A stretch of DNA of 32,000 bases from Candidatus Saccharimonadota bacterium (lineage in GTDB: Bacteria; Patescibacteriota; Gracilibacteria; UBA1369; 2-02-FULL-48-14), in NCBI GenBank assembly GCA_965230905.1, contig OZ246396.1, positions 330,001 to 362,000 on the forward strand, read 5' to 3'. The position numbers and the translations under genes were made by a program. Shown here in pieces: positions 1-8,613 of the stretch (the stretch's first letter is position 1; each line of letters starts with the position of its first letter). Under the pieces are notes generated by a model. That model was given only the letters and a program-made list of their open reading frames with translations. It did not search any database and had not been told where the DNA came from.

Positions 1-2397
1 GAGAAGCTGGATGAGTTGCAGCACACGATGGGGAAAAATTTTGGCGATGGCAGCAATCCCCTGCTGGTTTCTGTGCGATCGGGCGCAAGGGTATCGATGC
101 CGGGAATGATGGATACGATTTTGAACCTTGGGCTGAACGACCAAACGGTGGAAGGACTCATTGAAAAAACGCAGAATCCACGGTTTTCGTACGACTCGTA
201 TAGGCGCTTTGTGACTATGTTTGGAAACGTGGTTTTGAACATTCCGCATGACCACTTTGAAGAGGCACTTGAATCTGCAAAGAAGACAAAAGGCGTCACT
301 CTAGACACGGACATGACAGCGGAGGATTGGAAGGCGCTCGTGGCAGTGTTTAAGCAAATTGTTTTGGACGCGAGTGGCAAGCCCTTTCCTGAAAATCCTA
401 TCGACCAATTGAAGCTCGCGATTTTGGCTGTGTTTAGTTCTTGGAATAGCAAACGAGCGATTACGTATCGCAATTTGCACGGCATGGCGCACAACATGGG
501 AACGGCGGTGAATGTGCAATCGATGGTGTTTGGAAACATGGGAGAGGACAGCGGGACCGGAGTGGCGTTCACGCGAAATCCATCGACCGGAGAGAAGGAA
601 TTTTTTGGAGAATTTTTGTTCAATGCGCAGGGAGAAGATGTGGTGGCGGGAATCCGTACGCCCAAGAAAATTATTGAGATGCAGGAATCTATGCCCGCGA
701 TGTTTGACCAATTGAATGAGGTCCAAAAGACTTTGGAGAATCACTACCACGACATGCAGGACATCGAGTTCACGATTGAGTCGGGCCGTCTGTTTATGCT
801 GCAAACCCGCAATGGAAAACGAACCGCGCGGGCGGCCGTGAAGGTGGCGGTGGACATGGTGGAAGAAGGACTCATTACGAAAACTGAGGCGATTCGACGT
901 ATTGATGCGAATCAGCTCAATGCACTTTTGCATCCGTTCATTGACCCTAAGGCGCCCAAGATTGTTTTGGCAAAAGGCTTGCCTGCGTCGCCGGGTGCGG
1001 CTGTGGGAAAGATTGTTTTCTCTGCGGATGAAGCGTACCGAATGGCGGAAGAGGGTGAAAAAGTGATCTTGGTGAGAAAGGAAACGAGCCCCGAAGATAT
1101 TCACGGAATGCACTCGGCGCAGGGAATTTTGACTTCTACGGGAGGAATGACCAGCCACGCGGCGGTGGTTGCTCGCGGAATGGGAAAACCTTGTATTGCG
1201 GGTTGTAAAGAAGCGCACGTGGACGACAAAATCAAGACGCTGGAGATCAACGGACAGGTGTTTGGCGAAGGAGAAATTATTTCTTTGGACGGATCAACGG
1301 GCGAAGTGATGAAAGGCGAAATGCCAACGGTGGAAGCGGCGCTGACGGGAGAATTTGAAGAGCTGATGAGCTGGGCGGATGAGATTCGAACACTCAAAAT
1401 ACGCACGAATGCGGATACGCCGCACGATGCACAAGTGGCGCGCAGACTGGGCGCCGAAGGAATTGGGCTCTGCCGAACGGAGCACATGTTCTTTGATGAA
1501 GATCGCATTATGCTCGTGCGCCAGATGATTTTGTCTCAGAGTGTGGAGTCACGAAAGCGCGCGCTCGACAAATTGCTGCCGATGCAACGCGATGACTTTA
1601 AGGGGATTTTTAAGGCTATGGACGGCTTCCCTGTTACGATCCGTTTGCTCGACCCACCGCTGCACGAGTTCTTGCCAAATACTGAAGGGAAAATCAAGGC
1701 CGTGGCGCTAGAAATGGGTGTGGACTATGTGCAACTCCAAAAAATGGTGGACGCTTTGCATGAACTCAACCCTATGCTCGGTCACCGTGGAGTTCGTTTG
1801 GGTATCACCTACCCTGAGATTTATGAAATGCAGGCACGGGCGATTTTTGAAGCGGGCAAGGCGATGAGCGCCGAAGGCGTGAAAGTGATTGCCGAGATTG
1901 AAATTCCTCTGGTTGGACACGTGAATGAACTCAAAACCATGCGAACCTTGATTGAAAAAGTGGCGCAAGAAATGGGGCCGCTGAACTTTGAATGGAAAGT
2001 GGGGACCATGATTGAATTGCCACGCGCGTGTATCACGGCGCATCAGATTGCGGCGTTCGCAGACTTCTTCTCATTCGGAACGAATGACCTCACCCAGATG
2101 ACTTTTGGAGTGAGCCGAGATGATGCCGGGTCGTTCTTGCCGTTTTATACGGAGCACAGCATTTTGACCGACAACCCCACTGAAACGATTGACCAGGAGG
2201 GTGTGGGAGAACTTATGAAAATGGCCGTGCAACTGGGACGCAGCGTGAAGCCAGACCTGGAAATTGGGATTTGTGGGGAGCATGGTGGCGAGCCCAAGAG
2301 CGTTATTTTCTGTCACAAAATTGGCCTCAACTACGTGAGCTGCAGCCCTTACCGCGTTCCCGTAGCTCGCCTTGCGGCGGCGCAGGCGGCGTTGTAG
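1..2397 (+). CDS. ppdK: Pyruvate, phosphate dikinase (5' end truncated by window edge)
   Basis: Frame 1 is open from base 1 (EKLDELQHTMGKNFGD...), so the TTG at 16 is not the true start. PPDK hallmarks occur in order: phosphohistidine swivel motif GGMTSHAAVVARGMGKPC, then PEP/pyruvate-domain motifs GAEGIGLCRTEHMF, FFSFGTNDLTQ and ICGEHGG. Confidence 0.95.
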   Translation, partial: EKLDELQHTMGKNFGDGSNPLLVSVRSGARVSMPGMMDTILNLGLNDQTVEGLIEKTQNPRFSYDSYRRFVTMFGNVVLNIPHDHFEEALESAKKTKGVTLDTDMTAEDWKALVAVFKQIVLDASGKPFPENPIDQLKLAILAVFSSWNSKRAITYRNLHGMAHNMGTAVNVQSMVFGNMGEDSGTGVAFTRNPSTGEKEFFGEFLFNAQGEDVVAGIRTPKKIIEMQESMPAMFDQLNEVQKTLENHYHDMQDIEFTIESGRLFMLQTRNGKRTARAAVKVAVDMVEEGLITKTEAIRRIDANQLNALLHPFIDPKAPKIVLAKGLPASPGAAVGKIVFSADEAYRMAEEGEKVILVRKETSPEDIHGMHSAQGILTSTGGMTSHAAVVARGMGKPCIAGCKEAHVDDKIKTLEINGQVFGEGEIISLDGSTGEVMKGEMPTVEAALTGEFEELMSWADEIRTLKIRTNADTPHDAQVARRLGAEGIGLCRTEHMFFDEDRIMLVRQMILSQSVESRKRALDKLLPMQRDDFKGIFKAMDGFPVTIRLLDPPLHEFLPNTEGKIKAVALEMGVDYVQLQKMVDALHELNPMLGHRGVRLGITYPEIYEMQARAIFEAGKAMSAEGVKVIAEIEIPLVGHVNELKTMRTLIEKVAQEMGPLNFEWKVGTMIELPRACITAHQIAAFADFFSFGTNDLTQMTFGVSRDDAGSFLPFYTEHSILTDNPTETIDQEGVGELMKMAVQLGRSVKPDLEIGICGEHGGEPKSVIFCHKIGLNYVSCSPYRVPVARLAAAQAAL

Positions 2398-2428
2398 TAT
2401 GTGCTCTTAAATATTAACATCTTGACCT

Positions 2429-2737
2429 ATGGGACCAGATGAAGAACTGAAAAAATCGGAGACAGAGCTCAGCCCTTTTTCTCCTGAAGTTAGCCCTGAA
2501 TTATCTGGTGAAAGAGCATCTATTCGTACTGCAGTTCGTGCTCGGGCTTTTGTCTTTCCAGAGGGTGTAGATGAAACAAACTATCCTCAGGCTTATGTCT
2601 ATCCAGAGGGCGCGAATGAAAGCACGGCGATGCGACCACGGAAAGTTCGTGGTCGGGGTCGGGGTTTTGTCTTTCCAGAGGGCATGGATGAAAAGGACGC
2701 TTTGCGAATACGGCGTAAACTTTTTCCTGGCGCTTAA
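2429..2737 (+). CDS. Hypothetical small protein (102 aa) with three copies of an aromatic-V-aromatic-P-E-G-x-[DN]-E motif
   Basis: ATG-initiated ORF. The peptide repeats are FVFPEGVDE, YVYPEGANE and FVFPEGMDE. Repeat offsets are 45 and 72 nt, both multiples of 3, which keeps all copies in the same frame. Basic R/K-rich linkers separate them. No family recognised and no SD. Confidence 0.45.
   Translation: MGPDEELKKSETELSPFSPEVSPELSGERASIRTAVRARAFVFPEGVDETNYPQAYVYPEGANESTAMRPRKVRGRGRGFVFPEGMDEKDALRIRRKLFPGA
2548..2682 (+). repeat. Exact 18-bp direct repeat TTTTGTCTTTCCAGAGGG (2548-2565 and 2665-2682) plus a degenerate copy (2593-2610, TTATGTCTATCCAGAGGG)
   Basis: Read directly from the sequence. 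All copies lie inside ORF 2429-2737 and encode the FVFPEG/YVYPEG motif. Confidence 0.85.
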
Positions 2738-2761
2738 ATTATCCTATCTTAACTAGATCCC

Positions 2762-3052
2762 ATGGCTTTGGAAAGCTACGAACAGGTATTGGATGCGTTG
2801 GAAAAACAGGATATTGATGCGCTTGTCACCCTTAAGCCTGATGAGCTGAGAGCACTTGCGAAAGATAAGGGGACTTTAGAACGTCTAGGCGATGTGGATG
2901 CGGCTCGACGGCTTCTTGCAACTGCTGTTTTTTATTCTTATACAAATAGTCAGCTCGATAAAACGGGTGTGCCTCAAGTGGTTCGTGAAAATTTGAATTG
3001 GAAATTCGATTGGAGCACGGTGGCGTATGATGCGGCGGCTGGGAATATCTAA
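2762..3052 (+). CDS. Hypothetical protein (96 aa)
   Basis: ATG ORF 24 nt after the preceding stop, same strand as its neighbours. No motif recognised. Confidence 0.45.
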   Translation: MALESYEQVLDALEKQDIDALVTLKPDELRALAKDKGTLERLGDVDAARRLLATAVFYSYTNSQLDKTGVPQVVRENLNWKFDWSTVAYDAAAGNI

Positions 3053-3064
3053 ACTCGTTTTTCT

Positions 3065-3451
3065 ATGTCAGAGTTGCGTAATGAAACATCACAGGAGTCA
3101 GAGCCCCATATCCCACCTTTTTTAGAGAATCCAGATTTTTCAACAGCAGGAATTTTGATAACAGTGGGCGGAGCCATTTGGACCTGTTTCAATGCTGCTC
3201 GAGTAAACGTTTTAGACTCAAGACAAAATCCAAAGGTGAATCGGCTCTATCCTCCCACGACAAAAGCTACTGCTCATAGCTCTCGTAGAGCGGCCTTCTT
3301 AAACCAGGTTTTTGTTGGGATTGGACTTAGTGCGATAGGTATGGGAGTTCGTACGATTGAAGCCCTCCCTGAGGCTAAATCTGAAGTCACTGAAGCTATA
3401 CAGACTATTTATCTACGGTTAGCGTCTGAAGTTAATAGAGAGGCGCCTTGA
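3065..3451 (+). CDS. Hypothetical membrane protein (128 aa, two predicted TM helices)
   Basis: ATG ORF 12 nt after the preceding stop. Hydrophobic segments are AGILITVGGAIWTCFNAA and AAFLNQVFVGIGLSAIGMGV. Confidence 0.5.
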   Translation: MSELRNETSQESEPHIPPFLENPDFSTAGILITVGGAIWTCFNAARVNVLDSRQNPKVNRLYPPTTKATAHSSRRAAFLNQVFVGIGLSAIGMGVRTIEALPEAKSEVTEAIQTIYLRLASEVNREAP

Positions 3452-3588
3452 TTTTTTAAAAGGACCGAATACAATCCTAATGTTTCACCAAGGAGTCGTT
3501 GGACTTAAGATATTAACTTAAGGGTTGCGGCTCCATTTTTTGTAGCGATTTTTCTTGTTTCTAGTATGTTTTGTGTATAGTTGTAAGC

Positions 3589-4554
3589 ATGGACGCTGTT
3601 AAGAAAATCATCGATGTATCGGGATGGCATCAAAGTGCCATGTCTGTTGGAGGAGGGACTAGAGATAAATTGGTGTTTCGTCGAACAAAATTTGGGAAAG
3701 TTTACTACATGGTAAAGGGGCACCAAAAAGACGTTGGTGAGCTGAGAGCAGAAGTTTGCGCATCCAATCTTGGTAGAATTATAGGTTTTCCTGTACAACA
3801 GGCACGTTTTTGTATTATTCCGGATTACGAAGCCTTGGGTTTTTCTGATCAAAGAGGCGTACTGATTAGACTCGATATTACTCGACAGAAAGATCCTCGG
3901 CGTAATATTTTTAAGGAAGACTTACTTCATGGGATGGACATTATTGCCTTGTACGATCCTGCTTTCCAAGCATTGCCAGATGAAAGAACACGAAGATCAG
4001 AATATAAACTAAGCAAGGTAGTGTATTCGTTAAGGAATTTTATAAGGCAAAATCCTTCGGCTAAAACCCTTTGGTACTCTTTTTATGAGTTAATGGTATT
4101 TGATGCATTGATTGGAGGGACAGATCGACATTACAGAAATTGGGGAGTGCTTGTTGACTCAGAAACTCGAAAATATACCAGATTTGCTCCTGCTTTTGAC
4201 AATGGTATTAGTTTATTATGGAACACAGTTCATCATAAAACTTTTATAAATAGTGCAATTGATGGACACTTTGTTAAAAAAGCAAAGTCGGCTTTTAGAA
4301 AAGATGGCGGTGGGCAATATTCTCTTTTTGAACTTTGTGAGGAACTTGCCAAGTATCCAGAGATTACTTCAGAAATCATAGACGTGGTAAAAGAAAAAGT
4401 GTGTTTGATAACTGACTCAAAACTCAAAAAGGCACTTATCACTTATGTCCCTCATTCAAGTGAATTTGAAACTGAAAAGGAAATTTTGGCCTATTTGTTT
4501 GAGTATGTTAAAATGCGGTTACAAATTCTCAAGGAACTCCTAAATCGACTATAA
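3589..4554 (+). CDS. HipA-family Ser/Thr kinase lacking the HipA N-terminal subdomain (HipT-like putative toxin)
   Basis: The ORF track starts at TTG 3571; the first ATG is 3589 (MDAVKK...). Gly-rich loop SVGGGTRDK at residues 19-27 (compare HipA SVAGAQEK). Catalytic loop GGTDRHYRN at nt 4114-4140 (compare HipA GATDGHAKN). Downstream FAPAFDNG with D204 at nt 4198-4200 (compare HipA TPFYD). About 321 aa. Markedly AT-rich. Confidence 0.75.
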   Translation: MDAVKKIIDVSGWHQSAMSVGGGTRDKLVFRRTKFGKVYYMVKGHQKDVGELRAEVCASNLGRIIGFPVQQARFCIIPDYEALGFSDQRGVLIRLDITRQKDPRRNIFKEDLLHGMDIIALYDPAFQALPDERTRRSEYKLSKVVYSLRNFIRQNPSAKTLWYSFYELMVFDALIGGTDRHYRNWGVLVDSETRKYTRFAPAFDNGISLLWNTVHHKTFINSAIDGHFVKKAKSAFRKDGGGQYSLFELCEELAKYPEITSEIIDVVKEKVCLITDSKLKKALITYVPHSSEFETEKEILAYLFEYVKMRLQILKELLNRL

Positions 4555-4555
4555 A

Positions 4556-4861
4556 ATGAATACAGCTCCAAAGTATATGATTTTTTATAGCAAAGACGGC
4601 AACAAAGAGCCAGTTGCACGATTCTATCGTGACAACGATGGATCATTTGTTTTTCGCTACCTGTCTATTAACAAAGTTGAATTTCCAGGTTTCCCTTTAA
4701 GGTCTGGCGAATATCGAAGTGATTCTCTTTGGGAAGCAATTGCTTTTCGAGTCCCTACTATGCTGAGGAAGCAAAATCCTAAGACTGATTTGGACGAACT
4801 GATCGCAACAACTTCTGGTCGTCTTGTTACAGATCACTTTGAATTCAGTACACAGATTTAG
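4556..4861 (+). CDS. HipA N-terminal-domain-like small protein (HipS-like, 101 aa)
   Basis: ATG lies 1 nt after the kinase stop. The pattern VARFYRDNDGSFVFRY...FPLRSGEYRSDSL...FRVP...DLDELIATTSGRLVTDHFEF is collinear with the HipA N-terminal (Couple_hipA) pattern VGEL..NG.HTFKY...LPLQRGNITSD...NLLP...FDLLSEIGRDSVGAVTL. The HipA sequence is recalled from memory and was not aligned computationally. Confidence 0.5.
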   Translation: MNTAPKYMIFYSKDGNKEPVARFYRDNDGSFVFRYLSINKVEFPGFPLRSGEYRSDSLWEAIAFRVPTMLRKQNPKTDLDELIATTSGRLVTDHFEFSTQI

Positions 4862-5772
4862 CCCCTCTTCCCCCAACTAAGCTTTTCACGGAGGAGTTTG
4901 TAGTAGTTGCCGCCGCCGCTGGCTTTTACGTGGGCGCGGATGAGGCGGAGTTTGCGGTGGGAGGCGCGGATTTTGATGACGTCGCCGTATTCCACGGGGA
5001 TCATGACTTGGCCATCGATGGTGAGACCGATTTGGTTGTCGGCGTAACGGCGGTCGGTGTCGATGCGGATCGTTATTTGGCGGTTGCTGGGGACGATGAT
5101 GGGGCGCACGGTGAGGTCGGCGGGACAGATTGGGGTGAAGACGAAGCCGTCGATGCGGGGATGGATGATGGGGCCGCCGGCGCTGAGGGAGTGACCGGTG
5201 GAACCGGTGGGCGTGGCGACGATGACGCCGTCCGCTTTGAACTCAATCATCTTTCTTTGGTCGATTTCAGCGTAGAGAGAGATGAGACGAGCAAAGTTAC
5301 CCTGATTGATCACGGCCTCGTTTAAAGCCAAATGCGTGTCGATTTTTTGCCCTTTGCGGTAGAGGGTGGCGCGCAAGAGAAGGCGTTCGTCGATATGGTA
5401 GGAGCCGGCGAAGAATTCGTCGAGGATTTCGTAGACCTTGTTGGGATCTTGAACTTCGGTGTTGAAGCCGAGGGTGCCGAGGTTAACGCCGAGCACGTAG
5501 AGATTGCGGCGCAGTGGGAGATCGCGGACGATTTTGAGCAAGGTGCCGTCGCCACCGAGGCTGAGGACCAGATCGGCGTCTTTGAGCATTTGTGGACGGG
5601 TGGCTTCGTTTTTGTTGCCGAGGACTTTGCTGACGTGCTCGTCCCAGCTTAGGGAGATTTTTTGGGTGTCGAAATATTTTTTGAGTTGCTTCAAAAATTT
5701 GGCGTCTTCTTCCATCTTGGAGCGGCCGATGAGGGCTATCCTCTGGAATTTATTGGTGGTTTTTGCTTTCAT
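4858..5772 (-). CDS. nadK: NAD(+) kinase
   Basis: Motifs GGDGTLL, NEAVI and DGVIVATPTGSTGHSLSAGGPI. The track ORF begins at GTG 5820, but ATG 5772 (MKAKTTNKFQRIALIG...) gives a typical N-terminus and avoids overlap with the divergent gene. Confidence 0.9.
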   Translation of the reverse strand: MKAKTTNKFQRIALIGRSKMEEDAKFLKQLKKYFDTQKISLSWDEHVSKVLGNKNEATRPQMLKDADLVLSLGGDGTLLKIVRDLPLRRNLYVLGVNLGTLGFNTEVQDPNKVYEILDEFFAGSYHIDERLLLRATLYRKGQKIDTHLALNEAVINQGNFARLISLYAEIDQRKMIEFKADGVIVATPTGSTGHSLSAGGPIIHPRIDGFVFTPICPADLTVRPIIVPSNRQITIRIDTDRRYADNQIGLTIDGQVMIPVEYGDVIKIRASHRKLRLIRAHVKASGGGNYYKLLREKLSWGKRG

Positions 5773-5785
5773 AGAGACTAAGTAT

Positions 5786-6898
5786 ATGAAAATCCTACCT
5801 AAAGCGCGTATTCTTGTCACCCGGTTTCCCTATGAATCCAGGTTTGGCGGCGAGGAAGTTCACACCTTGCGGCTGATGGAAGAGCTGGACGACCGCGGAC
5901 ATGAGGCGTTCTTTTTGGGCAGCTGCCCTGTGCTGCTGGAGGAATTTAAAGAGCGAAAATTTGTGGCAAAATGGGCGAACTTGGCCAAGCCGCCGGTGAG
6001 CAAAGGGTGGCTGATTTTGTTTACTTTATTGTCACCGTTTTTGTTCGTGAAGGCGGGGATGATGCTGGGGCGGGCGAAAAAAAAGTGGGGTATCGACACG
6101 GTGTATATGTTGTCGTTTGGTGAGAAATTATTGATGACGCCGTGGGCGAAATTTTTCAAAATGAAGGTACTGTGGTTGGAACACGCGCGCATTGGAAACT
6201 GGCTCACAAAAAATCCATGGCGGCATGTTTATAAACGTTGGTCGCGGGGCGTGACGACCGTGGTGACTTCACGCGCGATGGTGAAACACGTGGCACCTTT
6301 TGCGAAGAAAATTGTGGCGATTCCGTGTGCGGTTATGCTGGATGAAGCGAGGCCTTTGCCGAAGGAAATTGTGGACTTTTTGGAGGGCGGTTTTAGTGTG
6401 GGAAGTGTGGCACGTTTGACAGCAGACAAGGGAGTGGACATTGCCGTCCATCTTGTCGACTCCAAACCTGATGTGAGGCTCATTTTGGTGGGTGACGGTC
6501 CACTCCGCAAGGACTTGGAAAAGCGAGCGGTGGGTGGACAAATTATGCTCGTTTCCAGCCTCCCCCGTGGACAGCTGACCAGCCTTTATAAGGCGCTGGA
6601 TTTGTTCGTTTTGGCATCGACCGAATTCGACCCCTTTGGCATGGTGGCGGCGGAGGCCATGAGCGTGGGAACGCCGGTGCTCATGACGAGCAAATGTGGA
6701 ATTTCGGAGGACCTGCACAATGACCGTGAGGCGATGATTGTGGAGCCCAAACGGAGCGAACTCGACAAGGCTTTGAAGAAAGTTTTGAAGCACCCGGCTT
6801 TGCTGCGCGAGCTAGGCGAACACGGCCAAGGTTTTGTGGAAAAACACTACCGCTTGGAAACCATGGTGGCACGATTTGAAGCACTGTTGACTAATTAA
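5786..6898 (+). CDS. Glycosyltransferase family 4 (GT-B, group 1)
   Basis: Start taken at ATG 5786 (MKILPKARILVTRFPYESRFGGEEVH...); the upstream part of track ORF 5504- is antisense to nadK. C-terminal E-x7-E-type motif STEFDPFGMVAAEAMSVGTPVLMT. Confidence 0.85.
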   Translation: MKILPKARILVTRFPYESRFGGEEVHTLRLMEELDDRGHEAFFLGSCPVLLEEFKERKFVAKWANLAKPPVSKGWLILFTLLSPFLFVKAGMMLGRAKKKWGIDTVYMLSFGEKLLMTPWAKFFKMKVLWLEHARIGNWLTKNPWRHVYKRWSRGVTTVVTSRAMVKHVAPFAKKIVAIPCAVMLDEARPLPKEIVDFLEGGFSVGSVARLTADKGVDIAVHLVDSKPDVRLILVGDGPLRKDLEKRAVGGQIMLVSSLPRGQLTSLYKALDLFVLASTEFDPFGMVAAEAMSVGTPVLMTSKCGISEDLHNDREAMIVEPKRSELDKALKKVLKHPALLRELGEHGQGFVEKHYRLETMVARFEALLTN

Positions 6899-6936
6899 TA
6901 TTTTAGTCGTAGAATAAGCTTCTTTCTAAACATCAC

Positions 6937-7512
6937 ATGGAGCTATCAAGAAACATCGACGGACTCTTTAATCTTGCGGCGGAAGCGGGCCAACGGGCAC
7001 TCAACCCTGCCCTGCTTGCAGCCATGCTCGGCACGCAAGTGGGATGCGGACGTTTGCACGACGCAGACGAGGTGCCTGCTATTATTTGTGCGAGAAACTT
7101 GCTGGAGGCAGACGCGGACCGCGGAAGCGAGCTCGTTGAGTTGGCGGACGGGGCGGATGCGGGCACTCAGGAAATAGATGGCGACCTCAAGCAAACTCGG
7201 AACTACATAGCGGTGGACCCTCAAAGTTTGGACCCACACTCGAGTGACCGAATGAATGAACTCCTGAAATGGCATTTGGTGGGCTTTGCCTATGAAGCTG
7301 AAAAAGGTCTCTTGGCATCTTATGACGATGCAAGCCTTGTGGGAGCAACGCTCTCGGATGACTGCTCCGGTGGAAACTTTTGTGCGAGCATTGCTCCCGA
7401 ATGGGACGGCGAAAGCACCTTTGTGCTTACGGACACCTGTGAATACGTGGTGGGAATCGACGGACAGCCTGAGGATACTTTCCCAGCGCTTAACGAAGAT
7501 GATTCAGAATAA
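6937..7512 (+). CDS. Hypothetical acidic protein (191 aa)
   Basis: ATG ORF between the two GT4 genes, D/E-rich, no family recognised. Its 3' end overlaps the convergent GT4 gene by 23 bp. Confidence 0.4.
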   Translation: MELSRNIDGLFNLAAEAGQRALNPALLAAMLGTQVGCGRLHDADEVPAIICARNLLEADADRGSELVELADGADAGTQEIDGDLKQTRNYIAVDPQSLDPHSSDRMNELLKWHLVGFAYEAEKGLLASYDDASLVGATLSDDCSGGNFCASIAPEWDGESTFVLTDTCEYVVGIDGQPEDTFPALNEDDSE

Positions 7513-8569
7513 GCTGAGCAGAACTTTGCCAAGAGAAGTGACGAGCGCGGTTTAGGCCGCGCTTTTGGTAAAGCATGGCGACCTGAGGTTTGAGAAGCTC
7601 GGTGATGGCCTCGGCGAGGGCCTGGGGACTTTGGGGATCGACTTGAAGCGCGGCGTCACCAACAACCTCGGGAAGGGAGGCTGCGTTGCTGGTGATGACG
7701 GGACAGCAGCAGGCCATGGCTTCGAGGGGCGGAATTCCAAACCCTTCGTAGAGTGAGGGGAAGATGAGCATTTCGGCGCGGGAATAGAGTTCGTTGAGTT
7801 GGTCCACACTCACGTAGCCCAGGAAGTGGATGCGGTGTTTGAGGGCAGCTGGCACGGCTTTGTAAATCTGTGAGGTCTGCCAACCGGCGCCTCCGGCAAT
7901 GACCACGTGGAGATGAGGGTTTTCGTCGGCGAGAAGGGTGAAGGCTTCAAACAGCAGTTTAAAATTTTTGCGGGGGCTGAGGGTGCCGACGCCCAGTAGG
8001 TAGCTGGCGGGTAGGTCCATTTTTTCGGAATCCACCTTGTGAACCTCGGGGGAAACGGCGGGCGAGGCGATGAGTACGGTTTTTTTGTGGGCTTCGGGGA
8101 AGAGGGCGGCCAGATCGTGGGCAGTGTTTTGGGACACGCAGACGATGAAGCGGCTTTTGCGAACGGCGCGGCGCAGGGTGAGGCGTTCTATAAAGGTAGG
8201 GATTTTGGCGTGCGTACTCGAGTGGAGGAAGGCGATGAGATCGTGGACCACAATGGCCACCTTTTGGCTGGCGGGCGCGAGGGCGGCAAAAATGAAACTG
8301 GTGGGCGCGAGGAACAGGCTCACGGGATGGTGGCGCAAATAGCGGCGCAGACGTAAATGCCACCAGATTCCCTTGCCGTCTATCACAATTTGACTGACTT
8401 GATCGGTGTGAGGAAAGGCGGGATTGGGTTTCTTGGTGAACAGATAAATATGCAGATCCTTGGGGGCGTTTTCTAGAATGGCCTTGGTGATTTCGAGAGT
8501 GTAGCGGCCTTTACCGGCTCCGTTTTCGTTGGCCTCACGGATGTCGATGCCTAAGCTTTTTGTTGCCAT
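7490..8569 (-). CDS. Glycosyltransferase family 4 (GT-B, group 1)
   Basis: ATG at 8569. Motif [38 protein letters not shown] is typical of GT4 / glycosyl transferase group 1. Confidence 0.85.
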   Translation of the reverse strand: MATKSLGIDIREANENGAGKGRYTLEITKAILENAPKDLHIYLFTKKPNPAFPHTDQVSQIVIDGKGIWWHLRLRRYLRHHPVSLFLAPTSFIFAALAPASQKVAIVVHDLIAFLHSSTHAKIPTFIERLTLRRAVRKSRFIVCVSQNTAHDLAALFPEAHKKTVLIASPAVSPEVHKVDSEKMDLPASYLLGVGTLSPRKNFKLLFEAFTLLADENPHLHVVIAGGAGWQTSQIYKAVPAALKHRIHFLGYVSVDQLNELYSRAEMLIFPSLYEGFGIPPLEAMACCCPVITSNAASLPEVVGDAALQVDPQSPQALAEAITELLKPQVAMLYQKRGLNRARHFSWQSSAQLILNHLR

Positions 8570-8613
8570 GGGGAAGCTCCTTTGATAGATTAACCTTACA
8601 TTTCCCCGTCATT

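Noticed and set aside
301-1218. Long antisense ORFs opposite ppdK (301-1218), purQ (18486-19175), purL (19573-20016, 20023-20529, 20587-21036, 21163-21900), prsW (28829-29374), the membrane gene (10818-11282), dprA (11584-12186) and others.
   Set aside because: Each overlaps a gene with strong family motifs on the other strand. The translations are R/H/G-rich low-complexity sequences typical of shadow frames.
2548-2682. The F-x-F-P core of the FVFPEG repeats matches the eukaryotic ERK DEF docking motif, which is suggestive given the nearby kinase.
   Set aside because: A four-residue resemblance to a eukaryotic MAPK docking site has no evidential weight for a HipA-family kinase. I treat it as coincidence.
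5504-5785. N-terminal extensions of track ORFs: GT4 from 5504, nadK from 5820, ftsE from 23482, prsW from 29571, ORF 17238, ORF 8560, HNH from 26077.
   Set aside because: The extensions use TTG or GTG starts or run antisense through the divergent neighbour or through predicted promoters. Internal ATGs give family-typical N-termini (for example MIEFKN for FtsE and MICPKC for NrdR).
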